A stretch of DNA of 64,000 bases from Octopus sinensis (taxonomy: Eukaryota), in contig NC_042997.1 of assembly GCF_006345805.1 (NCBI RefSeq), positions 152,954,001-153,018,000 on the forward strand, given 5' to 3'. Positions within the stretch are counted from its first letter, which is position 1; the number at the start of each line of letters is the position of its first letter. The translations under genes and the position numbers were made by a program. This document shows positions 1 to 10,852 of the stretch, piece by piece. Under the pieces are notes generated by a model. It was not told where the DNA came from, ran no database searches, and saw only the letters and a program-made list of their open reading frames with translations.

Positions 1-80
1 TAATAAAGCTGAACTGAAGAACGTGCGGGTGATTAACTGGAAAAACAAAACAAGTTACCAGCTCGAAATATAACAATATA

Positions 81-158
<78 letters not shown>

Positions 159-166
159 TTATCTAT
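81..166. repeat. (ATCT)n tetranucleotide microsatellite
   Basis: About 20 near-perfect ATCT units seen directly. Confidence 0.97.
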
Positions 167-170
167 CAAC

Positions 171-336
171 ACACGACGGGCTCTTTCAGTTTACCTTTAC
201 GAAATCCACTCATAAGGCGTTGGTTGGCCCGATGCTATGGTGAAAGACACCTGGCGGAGGTGCCACACTGTGAATCTGAACCGGGAACCATGTAGTTGGT
301 AGGTACGTTTATTATCCCACAGCCAAACCTGCACCT
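171..336 (-). mobile_element. tRNA-headed CORE-like SINE, head module (diverged)
   Basis: Reverse complement matches the family seen at 29926-30065: A-box, GGTTCAGATT B-box-like, GTGGCACC..CAGGTGTCTT CORE-like, AAACTGAAAGAGCCCGTCG end. Confidence 0.75.
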
Positions 337-1084
337 GCATATATGTATGCGTGTGTATAGGGCGTAATTGGTGTTTCCATATGTACATGCGCATACGTGC
401 ATGTAAGTCTTTGTATATATATTTATATTTATATTTATTTATTTATCTATCTGTCATAGGCACAAAGACTTACATGCACGTATGCGCATGTACACATGGA
501 AACACGAATTACGCCCTATACACACGCATACACACATGCGAACACACATGCTACATATCCATATTGAGATACATGTCGCCGGACTTCTATGATTCGTTGT
601 CACTAGTACCAAGGCCAGTCTCTTTATGAAGAAAAACTTCTTTATTAGATCTGGAAAGACAAATGTTAAATTCCATCACAATTTTATTTGAAATTATAAA
701 ATTACCGTACTTCATGGTGTTCGGAATGTATATAAATTCTCTCCTTATTTTTTCGTCTTCACTGTGTCCTGTAAAGTAGCGTTGGTGCTTAATAAAAAAT
801 CAAACGACCATTGGTAGAATTTAGGCAATATGAACCACAAAGAGTCGAAACAAGTATCATATATTTTCCTTACTCGCCTAACAGGTAAAATTTACATAAT
901 ATGTTCGAAAATTATTATTTTTTTCGTTTGAAAATTTTCAATTATCTAAGATTTTACTAAAACATCTATTCCCCCACACTAAACAAATAAAGAAATAAAA
1001 GAAAGACAGAAACTCCAGGTGTGAATTTTAATTAATATCTGCGCATAAAATCTGTTGGCATCAAAGTTGTTCGTAATTGTTCTT

Positions 1085-1480
1085 TTGTTCGGTGTCTGAA
1101 AAAGCAAAGAAAATAATCTTGATGGCGCTTACAGTCCTATGTGATCACACCTTTAAATGAAAACATACTAAGTATCAGAAACTTTGGAAGATTTGAAAGA
1201 GAAGTGATATAGTCATGCCTATTCAGAGTCAAGGTTACCTGTATAGAATTCCAGTCCCGTCAGTACTGAGAATTCGTACAACCAATGGAATAAAAGGCAA
1301 AGAGCGAAAGGTAGCTGTGCGAAGGATGGTAGATGCAGCAGAAAGAGCCTCTTGCTAGTTATAGAACAAGACAGAGGAGTTATGTTGGAAGACACTGCCG
1401 ATACATCTACGGGAGGACGTTATGCTTCGCGCTCAAAACACCTAATGATCTTTGGATACCATTTGATGACATCACTTCCT
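1085..1480 (+). pseudogene. Degraded 3' end of a HERO-like RLE non-LTR retrotransposon
   Basis: Frameshifted translation gives SEKAKKIILMALTV...VKVTC.EF..PSVLRIRTTNGIKGKERKVAVRRMVDAAERASC*, resembling the HERO RLE C-terminus (ELTVPWE...VEVGCRGF...AAERASxWLW). A HERO-like 3' UTR follows (AAAACACCTAATGA...TTGATGACATC). Family call from recalled motifs. Confidence 0.7.
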
Positions 1481-2184
1481 TCTCGTCGAAGCTACATTCA
1501 TTAAAAGTGAATGTGGGAGAAGCATGTTTTAGATGTTATCAATATCATTTAAAATGTTCATGTACAATCGAACTTGGAAATATCTTAGCTACAGAAACAG
1601 ACTGGCCTTATGTTAATTATGGTTTCTTACTGTTCCTATAATCAGTTAATTACATCTTGACCAAATTTTGCCTATAACAACAAATTTACTATTTGTTGTT
1701 ATAATAAATATAAGAACAACAGTTCATAGTAGATAGATTCGATGAATAATAGTTGACGAAGCGTATCGACAGTGATGCACGTTTCCTAGGGTCCGATGAC
1801 ATCATTCCTCCTTTAGAGAAATGTGTTTTCACAATCAATGTCAGTAAAGAGAATTTCTCTACCGAAACTGTTCCCTCAGCGAATGTATTTCATGTTTCTG
1901 TATAGACTAACCTATTAAATATATATGCTCACGTTTTTAAGTAACATATTGGCGTGCATTTCTTCTGACAAACGGTAATGTGTATTGTTTTAAGAACGAT
2001 GTTACACCACATAGCCTATATATGATATAATCGGATTTTGAGATCGCACCTTCACAGTTTCAGGCCTTCACACTCTGTTTAGTTACATACTATTCCAAAA
2101 GTAAAATCGTAAAAAAATATGACAAGATGTTATGACCTTGAGTCCAAGAGTGGCTGCACTTACTGTTTATATTGATACGTTTCT

Positions 2185-2990
2185 AAGGGAGCGAGCTGGC
2201 AGAAACGTTAGCACGCCGGGCGAAATGCTTAGCGGTATTTCGTCTGACGCTACCTTCTGAGTTCAAATTCCGCCGAGGTCAACTTTACCTTTCATCCTTT
2301 TGGGGTCGATAAATTAAGTACCAGTTACGCACTGGGGTCGATATAATCGACTTAATCCTTTTGTCTGTCCTTGTTGGTCCTCACTGTGTTTAGCCCCTTG
2401 TGGGTAGTAAAGAAATAGGTATTTCGTCTGCCGTTACGTTCTGAGTTCAAATTACGCCGAGGTCGAGTTTGCCTTTCAACCTTTCGGGGTCGATAAATTA
2501 AGTACCAGTTACGCACTGTGGTCGATATAATCAACTTAATCCTTTTATCTGTCATTGTTTGTCCCCTCTATGTTTAGCCCCTTGTAGACAATAAAAAAAA
2601 ACAAGAAACGTTAGCACACCGGGCGAAATGCTTAGCGGTATTTCGTCTGACACTACGTTCTGAACTCAAATTCCACCGAGGTCGACTTTGCCTTTCATCC
2701 TTTCGGGGTCGATTAAATAAGTACCAGTTACGCACTGGGGTCGATATAATCGACTCAATCCGTTTGTCTGTCCTTGTTTGTTCTCTCTGTGTTTAGTCCC
2801 TTGTGAGTAGTAAAGAAATAGGTATTTCGTCTGTATTTACGTTCTGAGTTCAAATTCCGCCGAGGTCGACTTTGCTTTACTTCCTTTCGAGGTCGATAAA
2901 TAAGGTATCAGATGCGTACTAGGATCGGACTAATCGACTGTCCCCCTCCCCCAAAATTTCGGGCCTTGTGCCTAGAGTAGAAAAGAATAT
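2185..2990 (+). mobile_element. Tandem array of about 4 tRNA-headed Deu/Nin-domain SINE units
   Basis: A-box-like TGGCAGAAACGTTAG, B-box GTTCAAATTCC and the domain GCCTTTCATCCTTTCGGGGTCGATAAATTAAGTACCAG repeat four times. Units 2 and 4 lack the head. Confidence 0.85.
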
Positions 2991-4387
2991 TGATACTGTT
3001 CTTTGGGCTGCACAGGCTTTCGTTGTATTCAACCAGTTTTCCCATTTAATTCTCATTACGTTAGGTACGTTCGGCACGGGACTCCAGAACTTCAGAAAGT
3101 CAGCCACAACTTTCAGATTGTTATTTTCTCTTTTGAAATCTTGGTTAATCCAATTGCTTTTGGTTCTATTTTTTAAAAGCTGCTGCCTGAGTGGTATTCG
3201 TAACTGATCCTCGAAGACTGTAGACTCTGCCCTCTTGAGACAGAACATATTAGTATTGCTGTTGTGAAAGCTTCTAATCGATAACAGGTCTCGTTGCTTT
3301 TAATTATTAGAGCAGATTTCCTCTGTAACACATATTTCAAATGCTGATGCTAGTATTCTACTGTAAATGCGTTGTAATATGAAACCATTGCATGACATAT
3401 ACATTACAACTTAATTTAATAAATTTGGCCAAAATTCTTTTATTTCAAAATTCGTTATTTAACACATTTCTGTCACTTTCTATGTCAGTGTTTTGCATCT
3501 GTAAACTAAGTGCGTTGGTGCACAACAAGGGATATACATGTGCGTGGTGAACAAAACTACAAGGCTTTAGTAAACCTACATTAATGTTTAATATTCGTGA
3601 AATCGAATCAATCTTATTTTCTTTATACCTAAGTATCGTTAATAAACAAAATCAGCAATAGTTCCCTGGTTATTTTCTAAATTTTCAACATTAAAAAGGT
3701 TTATTTTACAACTTCCTACATGAAATTATCCAGCGTTTATTTATTTGAACTATAATGTTCCTTAATGTCAAAAGTTTTCAGAAGCACTGATCTAAGTATT
3801 TTCAAATTTCATGGTACAGAACAGGGTAAGTATAAAGAACATTAGTATTTGAATTTGGGAAAGAAGTTTTCTCTTCTTCTACTATCAAGCATAACGTTCT
3901 CTTTAGGCCACATAGCACCATAATTTCAGCTGAAAATGTCACGGAATACAGCTGTTTTTCAGCATTTCTAAAATTACCAATCTTGATGTTTAGAGGGTTA
4001 ACAAGAAAATTGGGTTACTTTAGTTTACTTACAGTTGTAGACCCAAAAATATGGCAAATTGATTTTCGTTTACAAAATAATAGGAAAATTAACAGTAGCA
4101 GTGAAAGATTGTATCTTTGGAATAATACTCTCAAAAGATTTATAACATGAGAAGAAATGTTTTATTTTCCATATTAAATTACAATTGCTTGCCCGTACTA
4201 TAGACTTGCGTAATGCACAGTGTGAACTTTGCTTAGTAACTTAGCTATGCAGATCTAAATTCCTAAAGCACTTGTGACAAGAGATTTCCTATTTTGTTTG
4301 AATACATAAACAAAAATACCATCGCAAACGCGCGCGAACAAGACACACATATGTACTTATATCTATGTATTTATACACACAGAACCA

Positions 4388-4471
4388 TATATATATATAT
4401 ATATATAATATATATATATTATATATATTATATATAAACGAATATATATATAACGAATCGTTCACATGCAC

Positions 4472-4516
<45 letters not shown>

Positions 4517-4532
4517 TAGATAGATAGATAGT

Positions 4533-4603
<71 letters not shown>

Positions 4604-4604
4604 T
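4388..4604. repeat. Compound (TA)n / (GATA)n microsatellite
   Basis: Seen directly. Confidence 0.95.
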
Positions 4605-4619
4605 ATGAATAAGAAGAAA

Positions 4620-4835
4620 AGGATCCCATCAACTTTAAACGGAGTCTGGATAGATTCCTTCAAAGAATACCAGATAAGCCACCCATAATTGGATACAACT
4701 CACCCAACAAGAACTCACTACTTGAATGGACGATAAACAAAATTTGACTTAAACAAGGTTCGAATAATCCTATCAGGTGGTGCTATTAAGTTGGACATCG
4801 CCTGGACCAATCTTTGGTCGAAACATAGTTTATCT
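4620..4835 (+). mobile_element. Short 3' end of a CR1-group LINE (sister subfamily of 5550-7425)
   Basis: Encodes DPINFKRSLDRFLQRIPDKP, versus DPIGFKKSLDRFLQEIPDKP at about 7210-7270. Shares the 3' UTR motif CAGGTGGTGCTATYAAG and a terminal stem-loop followed by GAAAC. Confidence 0.8.
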
Positions 4836-4845
4836 AAAATTATAT

Positions 4846-5127
4846 ATATACATACATATATAATATATACACATACATTATATACATTTATACTTATATA
4901 TATATCTATATAATATATATATATATATATATATACATCATATATAATATATATACATACATATACATACATATATACTTATATATATATATATATAGTA
5001 TTATAATATAATATATATATATATATATTATATATACATGTTATATATATATATATATAATATACAGTTATATATATATATTAAGTATATAAGTATATAC
5101 TATGTATGTATATATATACATATATAT

Positions 5128-5166
<39 letters not shown>

Positions 5167-5196
5167 TATATATGTATATATATGTATGTATTATAT

Positions 5197-5228
<32 letters not shown>

Positions 5229-5508
5229 TACATGTATATAAGTATATAGTATATATATGTATGTATATATATATATATATATATGTATAATATATATATA
5301 TATACAGTATATATATATATATACATGTATATATATATATATATACTATATATATATATACATGTTATATATATGTATTATTATATATATATATATTATA
5401 TACATACATATATAATATATATACATACATATATATACATATATACTTATATATAATATATATACATACATATATATACATGTATATTAATATATATATA
5501 TATACCTG

Positions 5509-5544
<36 letters not shown>
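4846..5544. repeat. Long degenerate (TA)n/(TACA)n tract
   Basis: Seen directly. It is the source of the spurious Y/I-rich ORFs. Confidence 0.95.
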
Positions 5545-5549
<5 letters not shown>

Positions 5550-5550
<1 letters not shown>

Positions 5551-7425
5551 TCTTTTCATTTGCGAGGAAACGCAGGGTCACTGTCTCCACTGTAGGCCTC
5601 TAATTGACGAAACTGGCACTCTCCAAGATAATGCCAAATCCATGGCCGAGATACTGCAGGAACAATACTGCTGCTCTGTTTTCAGCAATCCTGATATGGC
5701 CGATCTGGGCTGTATCAGTGATGTCAACCCCCACACACTATATCGGACAAAACGTTTAGTGCCCCTGATGTCTTAGCGGCGATAAACGAAATAAAACACA
5801 ATTCAGCAGTAGGCCCCGATAGGTTCCCTGCTTGTGTCCTGAAGGTGTGTCGACACCACTTGCATCTCCCCTTGCTAATCTGTGGAGAAACTCACTGATG
5901 CTGGCTATATTCCAAAAAACCTTCTGTCCCAGTCTGTTGTCCCAGTTTTCAAAAAGGGAAACAAGTCCCTTGCAGTGAATTACCGTCCGATCTCACTCAC
6001 CTCTCATAACATCAAGGTATTTGAGAGGGTGGTGAGATCTCGAATAACCCAATTTCTGGAAAGCAACAGACGGCTGATCTCCAACCAACATGGGTTCCGT
6101 AATGGAAAGGACTCCTAACGCAGCTCCTGCATCACTTTGAGGACATTTTGAGAGCTTTGGGAGAGGGCTCCAACACCGATGTCATCTACCTTGATTTCAG
6201 TAAGGCCTTCGACAGGGTCGATCACAAGATCCTATTGAAAAAACTATCCAACATTGGTGTCTCTGGAAAGTTACTGAAATGGATTAAGTGTTTCCTGACA
6301 GACAGATCTCAACATGTTGTCGTTGAAGGGGTAAAATCAAGCCCAGCCAAAGTCAGTAGTGGCGTTCCGCAAGGCACTGTGCTGGGCCCCACTTCTTTTC
6401 ATCATTTACATTAATGACATTAATGACATCATCAAGCACAGCAACATAAAAATCTTTGCAGATGACTCCAAGCTACAGAAGGTCATAAATGAGGGCGAGT
6501 GACCGGGCATGCCTTCAGTCAGATCTACTGGCTGTTATCCAATGGGCAGAAAAAAAACAATATGCTGCTGAACGAGGATAAATTTGAGCTAATCCACTTT
6601 GGAAAAGAGGATGCCCTGAAACTCCATACTCCCTTCCTTCAGGTGAAACTCTCGCGGCGTCCAACAACATCAGAGACTTGGGAGTAATTGTGGACAACAA
6701 CGTAAGCTGGGCCACTCATATAAACACCAAGTTGACATGGCCCGCAGAATGTGTTCCTGGATTCTCAGAACTTTCCAGTCGAGAGATATCCACACCATTA
6801 TCCTTCTCTTCTCCACTTTTGCCCGACCCCACCTTGTATAGTTGTCCACTATGGTCTCCCCACACAATACAAGGTATCATAAAAGTTGAAGCACCTCAAA
6901 GGGCAATCACAAAAAAGATAGATGGCATGACAGGCCTCGACTATTGGGGTCGACTAGAAAAGCTAAAACTCTATTCTCTCCAACGTCGTCGTGAGCGCTA
7001 CATCATCTGCATGATGTGGAAAATATTCCATCAGCATTGCCCAAATGATGTTGGCATCACCTTTAAGGTACATCCAAGGCTTGGGCCCCGTGCCATCCGC
7101 CCAAAACAAAAATCGCACTCTCATCTCATAACAACAATACGGCACAATTATCTCACCTCAATTGGCCCCGCTCTCTTAAACATTACACCAAAAACATTAA
7201 AACAGAAACTGACCCTATAGGGTTCAAGAAGTCTTTGGACAGATTCCTTCAAGAAATCCCGGATAAACCCCCTACCCGGATATGTCTCTGTAAACAATAA
7301 CTCTCTACTTGAGTGGGCCATAGTGCCCAAATTCTGACTTGAAAGACTTCACCAGGTGGTGCTATCAAGGTAGACATGGCCTGGGCCAATAATGGCCGAA
7401 ACCTATCAAAGTAAAGTATCAAAGT
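5550..7425 (+). mobile_element. 5'-truncated CR1-group LINE, reverse transcriptase region, frameshifted
   Basis: RT motifs VPVFKKG..NYRPISLTS, QHGFR, DVIYLDFSKAFDRVDH, SGVPQGTVLGP, FADDSKL, YSLQRRRERY. Has a 3' UTR and an (AAAGT)-like tail, and sits between (TA)n tracts. Confidence 0.93.
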
Positions 7426-7430
7426 AATAT

Positions 7431-7468
<38 letters not shown>

Positions 7469-7520
7469 ATATATATATATATATATAATATATATATATA
7501 TTATATATATATATATATAT

Positions 7521-7558
<38 letters not shown>

Positions 7559-7649
7559 ATATATGTATAAGGGTGAAAAGGAACACACGAGTTGATAATA
7601 TGAAAAAACAAGTAAAAATAGAAAATGCTAAAATAATTTTATAGTGAAC

Positions 7650-7694
7650 ATTTCAGTACCGTTTCGGTCATTTTGAGACCTTTTCAACTGTAAC
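7650..7694 (-). ncRNA. Minimal type I hammerhead-like motif, U3-A8 core variant
   Basis: Reverse complement reads GUUACAG UUGAAAA GGUC-ucaaaau-GACC GAAAC G GUA CUGAAAU. Stems I and II pair by eye. Confidence 0.55.
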
Positions 7695-8036
7695 GATTAA
7701 ATAATTAATTTAGAAAAATTAGAAGAAAAGTTTTTTTAAAGAATATTTCTATAGTAGTGTTCAGATTTAAGTGGCATCTGCCTTTCTCTGACTCCCTTGT
7801 TGGACTTGTGTGTTCGAGTAGTTGTGAGCTCTTGGTAGGGTAGTAGAGAGAAGGCTGGTGAGGAAAGGGGGGTGGGAGAATCTGGGAGTGCCCTGATGGT
7901 CGTATTTTGAATGGTCAGTGGCGGCTGGCAGTCTCAGTTCAATTCAGGAGAATATTTATATGACAGGCTTCTTTATAGAATTAGCGTAGGTGTTATACTA
8001 AAAAACATTAGTGACAAACTTAAGGGTAGGGGGTGG

Positions 8037-8290
8037 AGAAGAAGAAGAAGAAGAAGAAGAAGAAGAAGAAGAAGAAGGAGAAGGAGAAGGAGAAGATGAC
8101 GATGATGGTGATGGTGGTGATGATTATGACGACGATGATGATGATAACGATGATGATGAAGAGAGAAGAAGAAGAAGGAGAGAGGAGAAGATGGTGGTGA
8201 TGATGGTGGTGATGAGGGTGGCGATGATGATGATGCCGATGATGATGATAACGATGATGATGAAGAAGAAGAGGAAGAAGAAGAAAAGAA
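8037..8290. repeat. (GAA)n/(GAT)n trinucleotide tract in the PLE arm (mirrored at about 9645-9900)
   Basis: Seen directly. It explains the poly-E/D/M/K ORFs. Confidence 0.95.
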
Positions 8291-10245
8291 AAAACAGAGA
8301 AGGGAGAATATGAATGTAAATATCTATGAAGGGGCTGATTAGTAATGGATTCTATTGAGTGTAGTATTTGTGTGTGATATATATTTTTTTCTTTTATTCT
8401 AAAGTTGAGGTATATTAATTGTTTGTCGTAGACCCGTTAAGAAGTGGCTTGTATTTTGTAATAAAGAGATTTTCTTTACTTATTCGTTGTCTCGAGGTTG
8501 TATCGTCCCTAAATTGGTAGAGGGGGAAAATTCTGAAGTTTGGTGTTTTTGTTGGCGCAAGTATCTATGTGTTGGCTAAAAGCTATTTTTTCTGTTTTGG
8601 GGAATTTTTATCTGGGATCTGTGCAGGGCCATTCGTTTACGCAAACCATTTTTTGTTTGGCCTATGTACTGCTCTTGACACCCGGAGCAGGTTAGTGAGT
8701 ATATAGGTTCTCCGAAGCACATGTGAAGTTGCTTTTCACTGTAAACGTTGTCCCTGTTTGAAGGAGAACTCAGAACCCTCGTTCTCAAGAACTAAAGATA
8801 CCCTAATCACAGGAACTATCCACCTTCACTTATTGACAAATGCATCAACGTGCCCTTCAACTTAACATCAAGGAACTGAGACATCCCAAATCAAAGAAAA
8901 ACTTACAACCAAAAGCCTTACCATACACTCTCCACACACAACCCTCTCTAACGAAGCCTTCGACACCATCCTCCACACATACCCCTCCTAAAAAAAGACC
9001 ACAGAATGAACACAATCCTCCAAACACACACGATCATAAAAAGCAAAAGACACCTAGATCCATGAAAAGTCTCCTTACACAAGCCCGAATTCACTCTTCA
9101 ACACAGAAGCCGACAGTAAAAATGTGGAAGACCCAATTGCGGGATATGCGACTATCTAATCGAGGGTTCTGAGTTCTCCTTCAAACAGGGACAACGTTTT
9201 ACAGTGAAAAGCAACTTCACATTGCTTCGGAGAACCTAATATACTCACTAACCTGCTCCGGGTGTCAAGCAGTACATAGGCCAAACAAAAAATGGTTTGC
9301 GTAAACGAATGGCCCTGCACAGATCCCAGATAAAAATTCCCAAAACAGAAAATAGCTTTTAGCCAACACATAGATACTTGCGCCAACAAAAAACACCAAA
9401 CTTCAGAATTTTCCCCCTCTACCAATTTAGGGACGATACAACCTCGAGACAACAACGAATAAGTAAAGAAAATCTCTTTATTACAAAATACAGCCACTTC
9501 TTAACGGGTCTACGACAAACAATTAATACCTCAACTTTAGAATAAAAGAAAAAAATATTACACACACAAATACTACACCAATAGAATCCATTACTAATCA
9601 GCCCCTCCTTCATAGCTATATTTACATTCATATTCTCCCTTCTCTGTTTTTTCTTCTTCTTCTTCCTCTTCTTCTTCATCATCATCGTTATCATCATCAT
9701 CGGCATCATCATCATCGCCACCATCATCACCACCATCTTCTCCTTCTCCTCCTTCTTCTTCTTCTTCTTCGTCATCATCATCGTTCATCATCATCGTCGT
9801 CATAATCATTCCCACCATCACCATCATCGTCATCTTCTCCTTCTCCTTCCTTCTCCCTTCTCTTCTTCTTCTTCTTCTCTTTCTTCTTCTTCTTCTTCTC
9901 CACCCCCTACCCCTTAAGTTTGTCACTAATGTTTTTTTAGTATAACACCTACGCTAATTCTATAAAGAAGCCTGTCAATATAAATATTCTCCTGAATTGA
10001 ACTGAGACTGCCAGCCGCCACTGACCATTCAAAAATACGACCATCAGGGCACTCCCAGATTCTCCCACCCCCCTTTCCTCACCAGCCTTCTCTCTACTAC
10101 CCTACCAAGAGCTCACAACTACCTCGAACACACAAGTGCAAACAAGGGAGTCAGAGAAAGGCAGAATGCCACTAATCTGAACACTACTATAGAAATATTC
10201 TTTTAAAAAAACTTTTCTCTAATTTTTTAAATTTAATTATTAATC

Positions 10246-10290
10246 GTTACAGTTGAAAAGGTCTCAAAATGACCGAACCGGTACTGAAAT
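10246..10290 (+). ncRNA. Minimal type I hammerhead-like motif, U3-A8 variant (right-arm copy)
   Basis: GTTACAG TTGAAAA GGTC tcaaaat GACC GAACCG GTA CTGAAAT. Differs from the left copy by one A/C in the GAAA segment. Confidence 0.45.
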
Positions 10291-10360
10291 GTTCACTATA
10301 AAATTATTTTAGCATTTTCTATTTTTTACTTGTTTTTTCATTATATATCTATATATTATT

Positions 10361-10606
10361 AAAATATTATTAGACCAAAACCACTATTTTGCAAAACAAA
10401 CAAGGAAAGACTTAATCAATACATAAAATTTTAATAAATAGTGACTATTTATTAAAATTTATGTATTGATTAAGTCTTTCCTTGTTTGTTTTGCAAAATA
10501 GTGGTTGTCTCTAATAATATTTTATAATATTTTACTATTAAATTGGATTTAATCCTAATCTGATTTTTTCCCCTGTAAATTTGGATTTATTCCCTAATAT
10601 TATTAT
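10361..10606. mobile_element. Fold-back repeat: about 80-bp palindrome plus 80-bp tail, same family as 44727-45200
   Basis: Arms 10361-10442 and 10444-10523 centre on G10443. The sequence recurs almost identically at 44727-44888. Confidence 0.75.
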
Positions 10607-10653
<47 letters not shown>

Positions 10654-10707
10654 TATATACATGTATAATATGTATATATATATATATATACATGTATATA
10701 TATATAT

Positions 10708-10755
<48 letters not shown>

Positions 10756-10852
10756 ATATATATATATAATATATACATGTATATATTATATATATACATA
10801 TATATAATTATAATATATAATAATATATATATATATAATATATATATTTCCG

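Larger units (their letters stand above)
7571..10340 (+). mobile_element. Penelope-like element (PLE), 5'-truncated, with inverted 3' copy
   Basis: 7601-8781 is the near-identical reverse complement of 9161-10340 around a 379-bp spacer. The + strand from about 8830 to 9525 encodes, with frameshifts, CGRPNCGICDY...NLIYSLTCSGCQEQYIGQTKNGLRKRMALHRS (Cys linker plus GIY-YIG endonuclease). Confidence 0.9.

Noticed and set aside
4289-5559. Long ORFs rich in Y/I, C/V, H/T, R/E (here and at 17296-18637, 34357-34847, 43627-45925 and others)
   Set aside because: They are translations of (TA)n, (TG)n, (CATA)n and (GA)n tracts, which lack stop codons in some frames.
5550-7425. Programmed frameshifting to explain the broken LINE/PLE frames
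   Set aside because: The breaks are scattered single-base indels, often in homopolymers, and differ between the two arms of the same PLE. Decay or long-read error is simpler.
7911-8313. Poly-E/D/M/K acidic ORFs (also 9419-9926)
   Set aside because: They come from trinucleotide tracts on the antisense strand of the PLE 3' region.
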